A stretch of 64,000 nucleotides of DNA from Vitrella brassicaformis CCMP3155 (lineage: Eukaryota > Protista > Chromerida). The stretch covers positions 72,682 to 136,681 of the forward strand of contig CDMY01000280.1 of the NCBI GenBank assembly GCA_001179505.1, read 5' to 3'. The number at the start of each line of letters is the position of its first letter. Position 1 is the stretch's first letter. The translations under genes and the position numbers were made by a program. The notes beneath the pieces were generated by a model. That model did no database searches, was not told the DNA's origin, and worked only from the letters and a program-made list of their open reading frames with translations. Shown here piece by piece: positions 1 to 13,229 of the stretch.

Positions 1-113
1 GGGTGGGGCGAAGCGAAGCGACACCAGGCACCGCACCACATGCTGTGTGTGCGTGTGTGCGTGTGTGTGTGTGCGTGTGTGCGTGTGTGTGTGTGTGCGT
101 GTGTGTGGTGTAG

Positions 114-2430
114 GCTGTCAAGGGCTGGCCCAACGACCTCGATCAGCTTGTGGCGTTTTTCCGCAAGTGTGGGGCGGGCTCGGCTGAGGCGCAGTCGTTC
201 AGCAGAGACTCATACAGGCTCGGTGAGGGCTGGCTCGCCGACACCCTCACACCCTCACACCCTCACACGCACACACTAGACGCACATAGACATGGCCTCC
301 ACATGTGTATGTGTGTGTGTGCTGTCAGCCAAGAACCTGGATTTCTTCAACCTGCTGTCTCTGTGGGCCGCGTGGCCGGGCTGGTACGCACAACCAACAG
401 CATGAGGGCGGATGCAGTGACTGCAGCTGCACCAATGGGTGGGTGTGTGTGTGGATGTGCAGGCACATAGCGAACGTGTTGGTGCTCTTCTCCGTGTGGC
501 TGTACATCTACGCCAGAATCGTCCTCGGCGTGCTCACAGGTCAGTGAGTGAGTGAGTGGCTGGGTGGGTGTGAGGTGTGATGGGCCACACCGCACAAGAC
601 ACACACACACGCACACACGTGTGTGTCTATGTGTGTCGAACAAACAGAGGAGGCATCTCCCGAGATGATAGCGATGCTGAAGGGTTGGGACAAGAAGGAC
701 TGGAACCTCATGGACCAGATCTCCCTGGGGCTCTTCATCTTCTTCTACGTCAAGTTCTTCGCAATGGTCTCCGTCGAAGAGGTACAGCATGGCCCATTGA
801 TGGCACAGACACAGAGGGAGAGAGAAAGTCCGTGGAGATGTGTGTGTGTGTGTGCTGTGGGTGTTGATTGATTCTATCAGGGTGTTGGTAGGGGTTGGCA
901 GCACTTGCTGTACCACCTCAAGAGCTTCTCCATCCTACACTTCACATTCACAAGTACACAGACGCCCCCNNNNNNNNNNNNNNNNNNNNNNNNNNNNNNN
1001 NNNNNNNNNNNNNNNNNNNNNNNNNNNNNNNNNNNNNNNNNNNNNNNNNNNNNNNNNNNNNNNNNNNNNNNNNNNNNNNNNNNNNNNNNNNNNNNNNNNN
1101 NNNNNNNNNNNNNNNNNNNNNNNNNNNNNNNNNNNNNNNNNNNNNNNNNNNNNNNNNNNNNNNNNNNNNNNNNNNNNNNNNNNNNNNNNNNNNNNNNNNN
1201 NNNNNNNNNNNNNNNNNNNNNNNNNNNNNNNNNNNNNNNNNNNNNNNNNNNNNNNNNNNNNNNNNNNNNCCCCCCCCCCCCCCCCCCCCCCCTTCATTGT
1301 GTGTATGTGTATGTGTGTGTGTGTGTGGCACCCACCACCGCCACCCCACCCCCCACCAGTCGGCACGTGGACGTCTGCCTTTGACGACACGATGCTGTAC
1401 GGCCGGGCCAAGTACCAAAACGCCGGCAGAGGCATCCAAATCGTACACAGGTGCGGTGCCTACCTACCTGCACAGGCACACAGATACAGACACACCGAGC
1501 ATTTCATGCGTGTGTGGGGCACGCCGATGTCCGTCTGCATGCCATGCAGGGATTTCCGCCACTTGTGGCGGATGTACTTCTTCTCCCACTGGCAGCCGGC
1601 CGCAGAGCTGCTCACCATCCTAGTCTTCCACGCCGTAAGCAGAGCACCCTCCCCTCCCCCGCGACTCACACACAACACACCCCCATGACATCTCTCTCTC
1701 TGTGGTGTGTGTGTGTGTGTGATTTCATCCATCCATCAGTTCGGCCAGTCGTTGATGCCTGTTAACTTCGTGCGCACGTGGTTCTTCTGGATCGTGGCGG
1801 CCTCGTGGCTGTACATGCCCATCCTCTACAACCCCATGGGCTTCTCCTGGCACAGACTCACTGACGACCTGCGGCTGTGGCAGCGGTGGATGCGGTCACA
1901 CGTAAGCCACCGCCCAGCTCCCACACACAGAGAGACAGGGAGGGAGAGAGAAAGAGAGAGATTTGCAAGTGTGTGTGTGTCGGTGTGATGTGTGTGGTTA
2001 ATTGGCTGGCTGATTGGCTGACTGCAGGTGGCGGACGACCCGCAGGAATCGTGGCTGGGCTGGTGGAGGTCACAGATGACGGTCCGGTGCAAGGCCATGC
2101 TGCAAAACAGGGCCGTCATCTTCACGCGCAACTGGCGGTTCATCATCCTCGCCCTCTGCATCTTCAAGTCGCTCGCGTAGTAAGCAAAGCATCGCGCCTG
2201 GGCGGCCAACCACACACACACCGACACAGAGAAAGAGAGAGAGGGCACACGGCGTGGGCGTTGGTTGGTTTTGGTCCAGCCGAGAGGATATGTCGCCATT
2301 CGACCTTTTTGCGCCGCCTGCCGTGGTGACGATGTGCATGCTGATGGCCCTGATGCTCACCGCACGGAGCGAGCGCAAGAGCTTCCAGGGAATCAAGGCC
2401 ATCGGTCGGTAGTCTCCACACACATACACA

Positions 2431-2466
<36 letters not shown>

Positions 2467-2994
2467 TACTTCACAGGTCTTTCTGCATCTTTCTGTGTGT
2501 GTCCCGCTCTCTTCGCCTGTCTCATTGCGTATGGTTTAGGGGTGCCCATGGTGTTTGCGCGTCTGGCGGCCCCCGTCCGGCTGCTCAGCTGGCTGGTCAC
2601 CGCGGGCCTCTTCGTGTTTGCCTGTGCGACGATGAAGCAGAGCTTCATCCAGCTGCTGGGCGGCGTGATGGCCTTGATGATGGCTCTGTGGACCATCTGC
2701 CACACGACGGTCGAGGTGGTGGGGCACATCGGCAACTGGCTGGACTTCTCGACGGTGCCCTTCATTGTGGAGACCGTCCGGCTGTGTCACATGAGCATTG
2801 GCTACGCTCTCTTTATGCCGGTGATCGTGGCCAGCGCCTTCAAGTTCGTCCTCAACGCCCAGGAGTTCCAGACCAACTACATGTGGAACCCCAATGTGAC
2901 GTCGACCTTCAAGACGTCGCAGCTCGAGACGGCCAACCTCATACGCAAGGGCACCTTTCCTGACATCGCCACCAAGACGCTCCACACCGCATAG
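114..2994 (+). CDS. FKS1: 1,3-beta-glucan synthase (callose synthase / FKS / GSL family), 3' part; multi-exon, 5' end outside window
   Basis: Spliced exons give AVKGWPNDLDQLVAFFRKCGAGSAEAQSFSRDSYRL (cf. KGRDVG..K...G.GEQ..SRD.YRL), HIANVLVLFSVWLYIYARIVL, FTFTIGTWTSAFDDTMLYGRAKYQNAGRG (cf. GGAKY..TGRGF), RDFRHLWRMYFFSHW, ASWLYMPILYNPMGFSWHRLTDDLRLWQRWM (cf. WLFAPF.FNP.GF.W....DW..W) and SWLGWW. Stop TAG at 2992-2994. Confidence 0.9.
970..1269. other. Assembly gap (300 N) flanked by poly-C, inside a glucan synthase intron
   Basis: 300 N between C-runs. The flanking exons splice in frame (TTC ACA A|gt ... ag|TC GGC). Confidence 0.95.
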
Positions 2995-4825
2995 TGCTTA
3001 GCTATGCGGTGTGTGTGTGTGTGTGTGTAGAGCCTTCCCCCTCTCTGCCTCTGTGTAGACTTTGTTCTGTTTTTGGGCTTGGCCGGGTCGGGTGTGTGCA
3101 GCTGAGGGATTGGGAGGGCGCCAGGGAGGAGCAGCTGTGTGCGTTGTGTATAGCCGTGCGTGTGTCCATGCGGTGTGTGGGGCGGGGGACGAGTAGGAGT
3201 GTGTGTGTGTGTGTGGATAGCAGCAGCAGCAGCAGCAGCAACTGTGTAATTCGCTGCTGAGATACAGCGCGCACACTGACACACACACTGAATGAGACCG
3301 ATGGATCGCATCTCAGTGAATGTCTTCCTGTCCTTCATGGATGGATGCTGCGTATAATTTTGTGGGACGGCACCGAGGGGGCGGTTTGGCCGGGCCGGGG
3401 GCGTTGCTTGCCATTTTATTTTGTCTGTCTGGTGGTGATGGTGGTGGTGGTGGGAATTAGAGCCATCCGCCACACAACACATCCATCGCATCACAGCACA
3501 GGGGCTGCCTGTGACTGACTGACTGACTGACCGACCGACCGACTGACGTACCTATCGCTCCTTCCTAGTGTATATAACCCCCGTGTGTGTCACACTGCCC
3601 GGCTCTGACATTTTGTAGCGCTCGCTCTCTCTCTGCGTGTGTGTGTGTGTGTGTGTGGGCAACTCGTTTCCATATGTTTCCACTCTCCTTTCTTATCCTA
3701 ACTTACTAATGCTGGGCTGTGCGTGCGTATGGGGCGTTGGGGGCGTTGGGGTGATGAAGGTATGTATCTTCCAGCCACTCACTCATGGGTGTCTCGTCTC
3801 CCTCACAGGCTTTTTATAGGTACCGATTTGATTGATGCGACCCAACACACACACACAGATGAGGGAATGGTGAAATGATAGAATGATTGGCACACGCAGC
3901 GCAGCAGGGGGGCCCTCTCTGTCTGTCTGTCTGTCTGTCTGTGTCGCCGTATTTGATAGAGTCGATGCCGCCCTCCCCTCCCTCTCTGCTGGTGTGTTCT
4001 GATGTCAAAACGAGTGACCATTGTGTGAGTGCGTGTGCGGCTCCCTAGTGCTGATGGATGGCTGGCTGGATTGCGGGCCGTGTCAGTCAGTCAGTCAGTG
4101 AGTCATGACTCTCTCTCCCACCCCTAGCTGCCTCCTTACCTTTTTTGTCGTCCGTCCGTCCCCTCGATCTTTGGCTCTCTCTGCTGTCTGTCTCTCGCGT
4201 GGTCGTACTGGCTGTGAGTGAGTGAGTGAGTGTCCGTACTCTCTTTCATGTGGTCGTCGTCTTGACTGACTGACTGGTGGTGGTCTCTCTCTCTCTCCCT
4301 CTCCCTCTGCGTGCGTGCGGTGCCTCTTATCTGTGTGTGTGTGTGAGACTCATGCGGTGCGGCCGTCGACTGACTGACTGACTCATCCAACCAGCCCTTT
4401 TTCTGATCAGACCTGGCTGCCTCTCTGTCTGCTGTGTGTGTGTGTGTGTGTGTCTGGCTAAGTGACGTGTTGGTACCAATGTCTGTCTGCCTGTCTGCTG
4501 GACGACACACTGACGTGACGTTGCCATTCATTCACACCATCCATCCGCTCGCTCTCTCGGTGCAGCAGTCCGTCCACCAAGCCAACAGGCAATGGAGTCG
4601 CAGGAGTCATGGAGCCCGCCAAGTCGACAGACAAATAGACAGACACATCAAACATGGCCATGTACGTCCACAACACACACAAGGAGATGCTAGGCTATGC
4701 TGCCCTTAGCCGTGTGTTAGTTCTCTCTCCTGACTACCAAGAAAACCACCACACCCCACCGACAGTTCGAGAGCGACTGAAAGTCTATCTGCCCTTCCAT
4801 CCATCTGTCAGCCTTTTAGCCCTAG

Positions 4826-7800
4826 CTACATGACGTCGTGTATGGCGTCCATCAGCACCTCCTCCTCAAGACTATCGTCACCCATACCACCACCACCACC
4901 ACCCCCCGCTAAGCCCCCCTTGCCGGCTGCATCATCAGGGCTGTTGCAGCCGCCCTTGTCCAACGCACCTAGCCCTAGCAGAGAGGGCACCGTGGACGTG
5001 TCCACACTCAGCAACAATGGCTTCTTCTGTGCCTCGCCGGTGACCATCAACACTTGGCCCTTTCTCTCGCCTCGGTGCTGCTCGCCTCGTCCAGCTGTTG
5101 CGGTTGCGAAGGCTCCCCAGCCGCCGCCGGTGTCGCTTCCTTCCTCGTCTGCCTGGAGGAAAGCCGACGATGGGTGGTGGGTCTCCTGGGTGTCTGTCTC
5201 TGCATGGTGGGAGTGGTGGTGTGGGTGTGTGTCTCCCTCCTCGTCAGCTGTGGCTGCCCTGGTCTCGGCTGTCGTGTCGGTCCGCTTGCCCTCTGCTGCT
5301 GGCTCATGCACTGCCTGGGTGGCGACTGGCTTAGCAGGTTGTGTGGGGGGCGGGATCGGCGACACGGTTTGCGGTGGGGGTGCAGCGGCAGCGGGGGGAT
5401 GGGAGGCGGGGGCAAGCTCGTCAGGAAACGCCGCGAACACAGCTGCTGGTGGCATGGCGTCACGCACACAGATCAACACACAACAAGATGACCGACCGAG
5501 GGAGCAAGGCATGACATGACGCGCTGTGTGGTGTGGGTTAGGTTACCCATCGTGGCGGGATCAGCAGTGTTTGTGTCTGGTGTGGCTGCGTTGCGTGCGG
5601 CGATCCACTGGTTGCTCGATGCTGCCCACGGAGAGGGGGTGATGGAGGGGACGCCAGAAGATGGTCCACGCGCAAAGGGGTTGCTGCACACACACACACA
5701 CACACAATCGGTGTGAATGAGTCGACTGTGCAGACAGGCAATACGTTTGTGGGGCCTTGAATGGGTCGTCGTGTTGCTGGCCGGCGGCACTCGCGACCAC
5801 CGACTGGATCAGCCGGTCCTCCTGAATGCCATCATGTGGGGTGGGTAGGGTAGGGTGCACACCACACACGCATCACTTGACGCGTCTGTCTCTGTCTGTC
5901 TGTCTGTCTGTCCGTTCCTACCAGGTCATCGCGTGTGGAGCCTGACGACCCGTCAGGGCTCTGCGGCAGCAGCTGATCGTCGTCACTCCGGGGGCTATCT
6001 GCTCCGGCCACCTACACACACACACACAAAAATGGTATTCACCCCCTCTAGCAATGTTTGTGCGGTGACACCCAAAGCCACACACACACACACATACGTA
6101 CGTGTCTGTGTCTGCCCTTTGGCCGCATGGGCAGCTCCACAGCATCGGTGGTGGACCGACCGCTGCCCCACACAGTGCGCCCAAGCAGCAAGAGACCTGC
6201 ACACCCCCCCCCCCACNNNNNNNNNNNNNNNNNNNNNNNNNNNNNNNNNNNNNNNNNNNNNNNNNNNNNNNNNNNNNNNNNNNNNNNNNNNNNNNNNNNN
6301 NNNNNNNNNNNNNNNNNNNNNNNNNNNNNNNNNNNNNNNNNNNNNNNNNNNNNNNNNNNNNNNNNNNNNNNNNNNNNNNNNNNNNNNNNNNNNNNNNNNN
6401 NNNNNNNNNNNNNNNNNNNNNNNNNNNNNNNNNNNNNNNNNNNNNNNNNNNNNNNNNNNNNNNNNNNNNNNNNNNNNNNNNNNNNNNNNNNNNNNNNNNN
6501 NNNNNNNNNNNNNNNNCCCCCCCCCCCACACACACACACCTGTGGTGCATCCCGTGAGGCAGCACTCCATCCCATAAGCAAAGAACACACCCAGCAGCGC
6601 CTGTCCATGCTGCGGCACTGTCGAATGGGTCCGCCATATCGAGAACAAACTCTCAGGGCTGACAGACCAAACACACACACACACCGCTTCCCTCTCTGCC
6701 TGTCAACCAAAATGCCGCGGCTGGCTCACTTGGTTCCCCCAGCGAAGCCAGCCCTACAACCGTCCAGCCCTGTGGTCATGAGATCTTCGTCCTGGGGCGG
6801 CTGGTGCATCGGCCGCTGGTAGGCATAGCTCTGGTGCACCGACGACTTGAGCGACTGGGGCACAGGCGAACCGCACAACGACCTGGCGTGACCTGTCACA
6901 CACAGACAGACAAACAAACGTCCACACACGAGACGAGTGTTTCTAGATCTCTCCTACCCCCTCCCTCCCTCTCCTCACAGCCACCTGGCGCGATTGCGTC
7001 GATTTGCCGTTCGAGTGAGTTCATCTGCGCCTCTCGAGTGAGGAAGAAGACCACCAGCGCCGCCACCAGCAGCGGATAGGGCGCCACTCCCGAGACCAGG
7101 AGGCTGCCCACCGAGTGCGCGACGGCCGTGAGGGCTATCACGGCCACACCGAAGTTCATCGCCGCCGGCAATGTCGCCATGAACAGACTTCCCGCATCCA
7201 TGCTGACACACGCACACACACATCCATGTGTGTGCTGTGCTGCAGGTCAGGTAGGTGTCTGTCCAGAAGCACACACACGCGCTCACCCAACCGACCTGTT
7301 TGCGTCAGCTAAGTGTCTTTTGTTTCTGTCCTTTGGCGATCCGCTGGGCGACGGCATTGGGAGGGGCAGCGAGGCCGACGACACGAGATGGCCTGCACCA
7401 TGACATCACGTCAACAAAGTGAGTGCAGTGCACATCGTGTCATGTCATCGTGTGTGTCCCATCGACCGACATACGTACGCCTGTGGATGAGTGTGGCGAG
7501 GGCCAGCAGTGACAGCACATACAGCACCGTCCACACCGACAACAGGTGGTCTGATTATATATATCCACACACAACACACAACACACACACAACACACGAA
7601 CGAACCAACACCTCGAGTGAGTACATCTGTCTGTCTGTTGCAACCGTTGGCTGCGCCGCTGAATTACCGAAAAACGGCTGCATCCTAAAGTCCGTGTGCG
7701 GCAACGGCAGGAACAGCGGCAACAGCCTGATCGGTCCATCCATCACAAACCCGACAGACACAGAGACACAACAGACAGCATCCATCAGCCACGTCGGCTC

Positions 7801-8452
7801 GGCTCCTGTCTTGGTTCTGCGTATCGTACCACGCCATTGCGGCAGCTACGAAGCCCACGAGGTGCTTTAGGCTAAACCGACCCCTGTGCACCTGCGACAG
7901 CACCAATGAGGTCAACGCGGTCGTCTGCACACACAACAGACACACAGCACAGCTGTGTGGTGCACTGCACTCGCCAATTCCTCTACATGATTCAGTGAGT
8001 GTCACGTGCATGCCTGCCTGCATTGGCACGGCTGCCGTGACGGGCAGGAGGGCGTAGGTGGCGCACTCGAGGGCGAAGCCGACCCACGGCAGGATCCCAT
8101 ACAGCACCGGCGACAGATCTGACAACCTGTGCACACACACAGACACACACACGCACACGCGAGCAGATGAGATGTGAACCATGACTCCTCTTGTGCAATG
8201 AGTTATCTATCTGCGTGCGTACTTTGCGGCCAGATTGAGTGGCGTGACGAGGATGTGTGGGTTCAACAGAGGCACGCGCACAAACCGCACCGCCTGACAC
8301 ATACACACAGACGACACACAACAGATCTGCAAAGTCCATCGGCCCTGCCTGCAGCTGGTGTATCTATCTACACACACACGTACCTGCAAGGCCGCCGCCA
8401 TGGTGCAGCTGGTGTATCCCAGCAACACCTGCGCTTCCACCGACAGCGTCAT
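4826..8452 (-). CDS. Multi-pass membrane protein, NIPA / drug-metabolite transporter (DMT)-like, with long low-complexity C-terminal tail
   Basis: ATG at 8452. Exons give MTLSVEAQVLLGYTSCTMAAALQ-AVRFVRVPLLNPHIL..., GILPWVGFALECATYALLPVTAAVPMQ-TTALTSLVLSQ...FSLKHLVGFVAAAMA (resembles NIPA 'YAFAPA.LVTPLGA...LA...L.E.L...G' helices), further hydrophobic exons at about 6975-7219 and 6560-6660, and a Pro/Ala/acidic tail (ORF 4826-5512). Family assignment and the link to the tail are inference. Confidence 0.5.
6217..6516. other. Assembly gap (300 N) flanked by poly-C, probably intronic
   Basis: 300 N between C-runs and (CA)n. Confidence 0.95.
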
Positions 8453-8670
8453 CTCCTCCAGATCCCTTCGCCTGGACGCCGCGGGAGCTGACCAGACGCC
8501 GATGTCACAAAAACCTCAGTTCCACCACCTTTTCGTGGCTCATCTGAGGCGCTCGACACAGAGAAGCGCTTTCACTCCCATTTGGGTGCTCCTCTGCCTT
8601 CGGATACAGCAAGCGCGCAGCAGAATCGCTGCTGAGCTTGCAGATCTTTTCCCTTTCATCGCCTGGCGTC

Positions 8671-9759
8671 ATGGATGAGGCGGCCTTCAACAAGGAGCGG
8701 TCCCTGCTGCGGACCAAACACGCCAATGAGCTCAAGGAGCTCGAGAAGGACGTCAAGAAGAAAAAGGCAGGGCACATCACAAGGATGAGACGAATTGACG
8801 AGATCTCCAGCTTACATTTGATTGACTGACTGCGCCGGTGTATTGTGTGTCATCGTGCAGGGTGCGATGAAGGAGGCGGCTCAGAAGAAGCTCGAGGATG
8901 CCGAGGAGCGTCACGCAAAGGAGCTCGCCGAGTTCGACAAACAGAGAGGCGGTGGCGGCGGCAAACCATCCGCAGCATCAGCATCAGCATCATCATCATC
9001 ATCATCGAAGGACCAACCCAAGAACGGCACGGCCTCCAGCAGCTCGTCTTCGGCCGCCCTGGCCATGAAGGTGTTCCCCGACGCCAACTGGTCGGGGCTG
9101 TCGAACAGCGAGCTGCAGGCGGCGTGTGAGGAGCGGGGCATCAGCAAGAAGGGCAAGAAGGAGGACCTCATCAGCCGACTCATGCAATTCCACCAGAGCC
9201 AGGCCGCACGGCTCAGGGAACAGGAGGGCGGCGGCCAGGGGCAGCAGCAGCAGCAGCAGGCCAGCAGGGCGGCAGGGGGTGACGAGAATGGCGGGATGGA
9301 CAAGGATGACGACGACGACGACCCCAAGAGCCAGGCTGAGATCGAGGAGAGCGAACGGCAGTACAAGAGAGAGCTGGTCAGGCAGAGAGGGAGGGAGGGA
9401 GGGGGAAGAGAGAACACCTGCATCCATCACACACCCATCAACATACCTGTCTGCTGTGTTTGTGTGTGTGTGTGTGTGTGCAGGTGATGCGCAAGGCGCT
9501 TCGTGCGGTGCTCAACAAGCATGCGCAGAAGCTGGCGGCCGATGGCGTCACCGAGGACCCCGGCATCCCCATCGACGAGCTCTGCGAGCGGTTCGCGGCC
9601 ATCAAGGTCCGCAACTTCCGACCCGAGCTGCTGGGCTACACGACAGTGGAGGAGTTCGTCGACAGCCAGCCGGACGGTTTGGTGTTTTACGACAAGAAGG
9701 CCAAGCGCCTCTACCCACCTGAGGAGGGAGACGATGACGACGAGGACGATGACGACTGA
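8671..9759 (+). CDS. Coiled-coil + SAP domain + C-terminal LOTUS/OST-HTH-like protein (3 exons)
   Basis: Exon 1 MDEAAFNKERSLLRTKHANELKELEKDVKKKK. Exon 2 contains WSGLSNSELQAACEERGISKKGKKEDLISRL (SAP consensus). Exon 3 GIPIDELCERFAAIKVRNFRPELLGYTTVEEFVDSQPDGLV (LOTUS-like L...Y/F......P..LG...L..F..S.P) plus an acidic tail; stop at 9759. Confidence 0.75.
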
Positions 9760-10355
9760 GTCGGCCGCTGGCCAGCCCTGTGTGGGTGTGAATAGGTGTG
9801 AGCGAGGTTGTGGCGTGTGTGCGGTTTGCACGGTTACTTCAGACTGTGAGTGAAGGTTTTGTGTGTGCGTCGTGTGCGTCGAGTGAGTGCTGGCTGCATC
9901 CATCAGCTTATGTAAGTCATGTATCTCAGACTCATATACGAGCAGAGCAGTGTCAGTGCCAGCACTCTGTGTGTGCCGTGACGTGGCGTCATGTGAGTGA
10001 AGAAGGCACATCTGCATGTCTGAGACCACTTGTGCTGACTTCAATCAATTTCATTCTTCACCCTGTCGCGTCTCAGTCTTTGCACAGCCAAGCCAAGCCA
10101 GCCCCAGAGTATCGACACATGGGACAAAGAGCAGCACTGCTGTCTGTTTGAAAAGAAAAGAAAAGAAAAACCGGGCCCACCTCACGTGTCTGCCTGCCTC
10201 ACCCGAGTGAGCCATCTCAGCTGCCACGCCTGCCCTGCCAGCCACTTCTTAAACAAAACACCACACCCTCACGCTACCACCCACATCACACCCTCCTCGC
10301 ACCACGAGAATGCACACACCACAGCCGGCCCGTGTGTGTGTCGAGATGGGTCAGA

Positions 10356-13036
10356 TCACCAGTAGGGGTCTTTGTTGTCATCCCACGGCGGGAAACCGCC
10401 GTCGTCTTCGGGCTGACTCGGACTCAGCGGCAGCCCCTGGAGGGCCGCCGGGCTGTGGGAGGAAAGGAAGGCGCAAAGAGCCCATCCATCCATCCAGCGA
10501 GTACAGATGAGCGTGCCCCTTTCTGTCTCTCTGTTAGCGTACGTGTCAAGTGTTTGGTTCGCACTGAAGGGTACCGGTCGTGTTGTGACGGGTTGGGCGA
10601 GGACGGCAGGCTGCTGGCCGGGGCTGCGGTGGGATGTTGCCGCCCATCGCGGCCGACCCACGCTCACACTCCCGCCGACAAAACGCTGCGGCACTTCGTA
10701 GACCACTGGGGGCGGTAAGGCCTCGGCGAGAGTTACACCACACTGAATGAATGGACCAAGACAGACAGATCGATGGATGCACCTCCCTCTTCGTCTGGCT
10801 TGACACACCCACCTCGAGAAAAGCCATTTGTGACGAGAGCGTGATGGTGTGCTGGATCATAGAGGGATCTATCTGCTGGGCCAACAGGTTGGCGAGCGTC
10901 TGCCGTGCGTGGGGGGACAGCAGCGGCACCACCGTGTTGATGAAGGCACCCACATCGTCGTCGGTGCAGACACCCGTTTGGGTAAACAGCCGCCTGGGCC
11001 GCTCGAGCATTGCCGACATCGACGTAGCGATGTGCTGCGAGCAGTACTCGTCCAGCTCAATGCCCGCCTTGCAAAATGCCGCCAAAGCTTTCACAGGCGG
11101 ACACACGCATATGAGTGCAGAGAGAGAGATGACATAGTGCCATTACTTGCAAATGGCCTGAATGGGGTGCCGGCGAGGATGCCGACCAGCAGCCTACGAT
11201 CATAGTCCGTAACTGACCTGAACGAAGACATCGACGGCGCTTTCACACACAGTGTCAGGGAGATCCGAGGAGGGCCCTTTCGGTCTTTGATTCTCTCCCC
11301 TCGGCGACTTACTTTGCGAATTGCGTAATCTCCTCCCACTTGGTCTCCATGATGCACTGGCGCAGGTAACGACAAGCCATTGTGCGGAAGGGGTATGAGC
11401 AGAAGAAAACATTGACCTTGACCTCCTTAAGCGGCACCTCCCCAACTCCCGCCTCTGCAAGCTGCTCGATCGACAGCGTGTTGCCACACATGTGGAGCGG
11501 CAGGTTACTGCCCAGGAAGGTAACTCCATATTCGTGGCCCCCGTGAGCCGCTGGGCCACGAAGCCACCCCGTCGGCTTTGACAGCACCGCCACCTCTTGC
11601 CGTCCCTGTCCTTGCTGGTCTCCCTCCTTGTCCACCCCAATTTTCACCCAAGCATTAAAGCAGGCACACGCGGATGGCAGAGAGGCCTCTGTAGCGGTCG
11701 CCGATAGGCAGAGCTGGAACCTGGTCGCCTCGTGCAGCAGCCGCTCGGCCACGAAGGGAGGTTGATTGGGGTGGTTGGGGTCTGCAGGGGGTGAGAGGCA
11801 GACGGTAGCACTGACGGACATCCCGGGCAGGATGCTCCGGCTGCATGTGCAGAGAGTGTCCGTGCACTCGCAGGTGGGTACGACGGGGATAGCAGGTGAA
11901 GTGGCGAAGGGGTAGGCCACCTGCTGCTTCGAATAGCATGCCAGATCCTTGCGGTCGAAAATGACACCTGCAGGCAACACAAAACAATGAGCAGACAGCC
12001 TGTCTGAGTGTCGTGCTTGCTTCTTTCCCGCACCGACCGATGGCGTCAGGAAGCTCTTGTGTGTTGGTCGATACGATGAGGAAGTTCGCCAACTGCTCTG
12101 CCGAGGCCTGCATATGGCCGCAGGCGAGATGTCGGCAGAGGTAGCTGACCAGCACCATCACTGCAGCACACACGCAGCAGCGATGAACGACCTGACCTGT
12201 CTGTCGCGCACTTCTTAAGTAGGTATGTGTACCTGCTCTCATTGCGATAGGATCGTCTCCGTCCCAGAAGGGCTGGATGAGGTCGGGGTTCTGCAGCAGA
12301 AGGCTCGACACAGCCGCAGGCCACTGGTCACACGCCCGCTGAAGCGACGAACTTCGCCACCACAGTATGCCCAATGGACCGGATGAGCTCAATTGCGAAC
12401 AGCGGATCATCTATCCAGTCGCGACGCACCATCTGTCCATGACACCACACACACGACGTGGCATCTCGTTGGTCCCATCTCTCTCCTTCCCTTCTCCCTC
12501 TATGACCTTCCTCTCGAGTTTGCGAAGCATCATGGCGCTCACGCCGCTGTGGAAGTACTCGAGGGCCTCGAGCACGGAGAGAAAGTTCTCCTTCGTCAGG
12601 GCATTGAACATAGCACTTTCCTTCTGCAAGACCAATCGAGCTGTTACGAGGTCCACCTCCTTAATCACGATGCGATGCGACTTGGACTCGCCGAAATTCG
12701 CCTCTTGAAGTATCTGACGAGGACGGTGATGCACACAAGACACACAGGCAGCTGCTCGGTTGGTTGCCTGTGTGGGTCCCTCTCTGACTCATGCCATACC
12801 GGTGTGAAGTGTGCGAATGTCATGAGGAGGTCCCGCTTGATGTGCAGCGTCTGGTCAGCGCCCACATTCGTGCTGCCTTCATCCTCCCACTCATTGACGA
12901 ACACCAACTCGACAGAGGGGCTCAGGAGAGGACCGGATGTGGTCATGATGGGTGAGGGCTGAGGGATAGGGCCTGCCTGGTGCTCCGCATCAGCCCTCTG
13001 GCTGCCTGAATCATCAAGAGGAAGAAACAAAAGCAT
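10356..13036 (-). CDS. BTB/POZ-domain protein, multi-exon, lineage-specific C-terminal part
   Basis: SVELVFVNEWEDEG...QTLHIKRDLLMTFAHF / ILQEANFGESKSHRIVIKEVDLVTARLVL...LTKENFLSVLEALEYF matches the BTB pattern (F..M....f.ES....I.I.evd ... en...vL..a.yf). Further exons at about 11300-11970 and 10810-11100; start uncertain. Confidence 0.65.
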
Positions 13037-13229
13037 CAATTGTTCGTTTTTCACTCATTGGAGGAATCGCCTATGATGACTTACCCTCAGTGGACATACT
13101 AAGAGGACGCCAACGCCCCTTTGTGGCCCTCTGGGCCTCTTCGAAGTAAAGGGGTCGAAGTGGCCGGGTAACGGAAACGGGCCAAAGATCTGCCGATTTT
13201 CTAGCCAATCCCGCAGCCATCGCATAGAG

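Noticed and set aside
840-1688. Long ORFs spanning N runs (also 5855-6822 and 62002-63187)
   Set aside because: Open only because Ns contain no stops.
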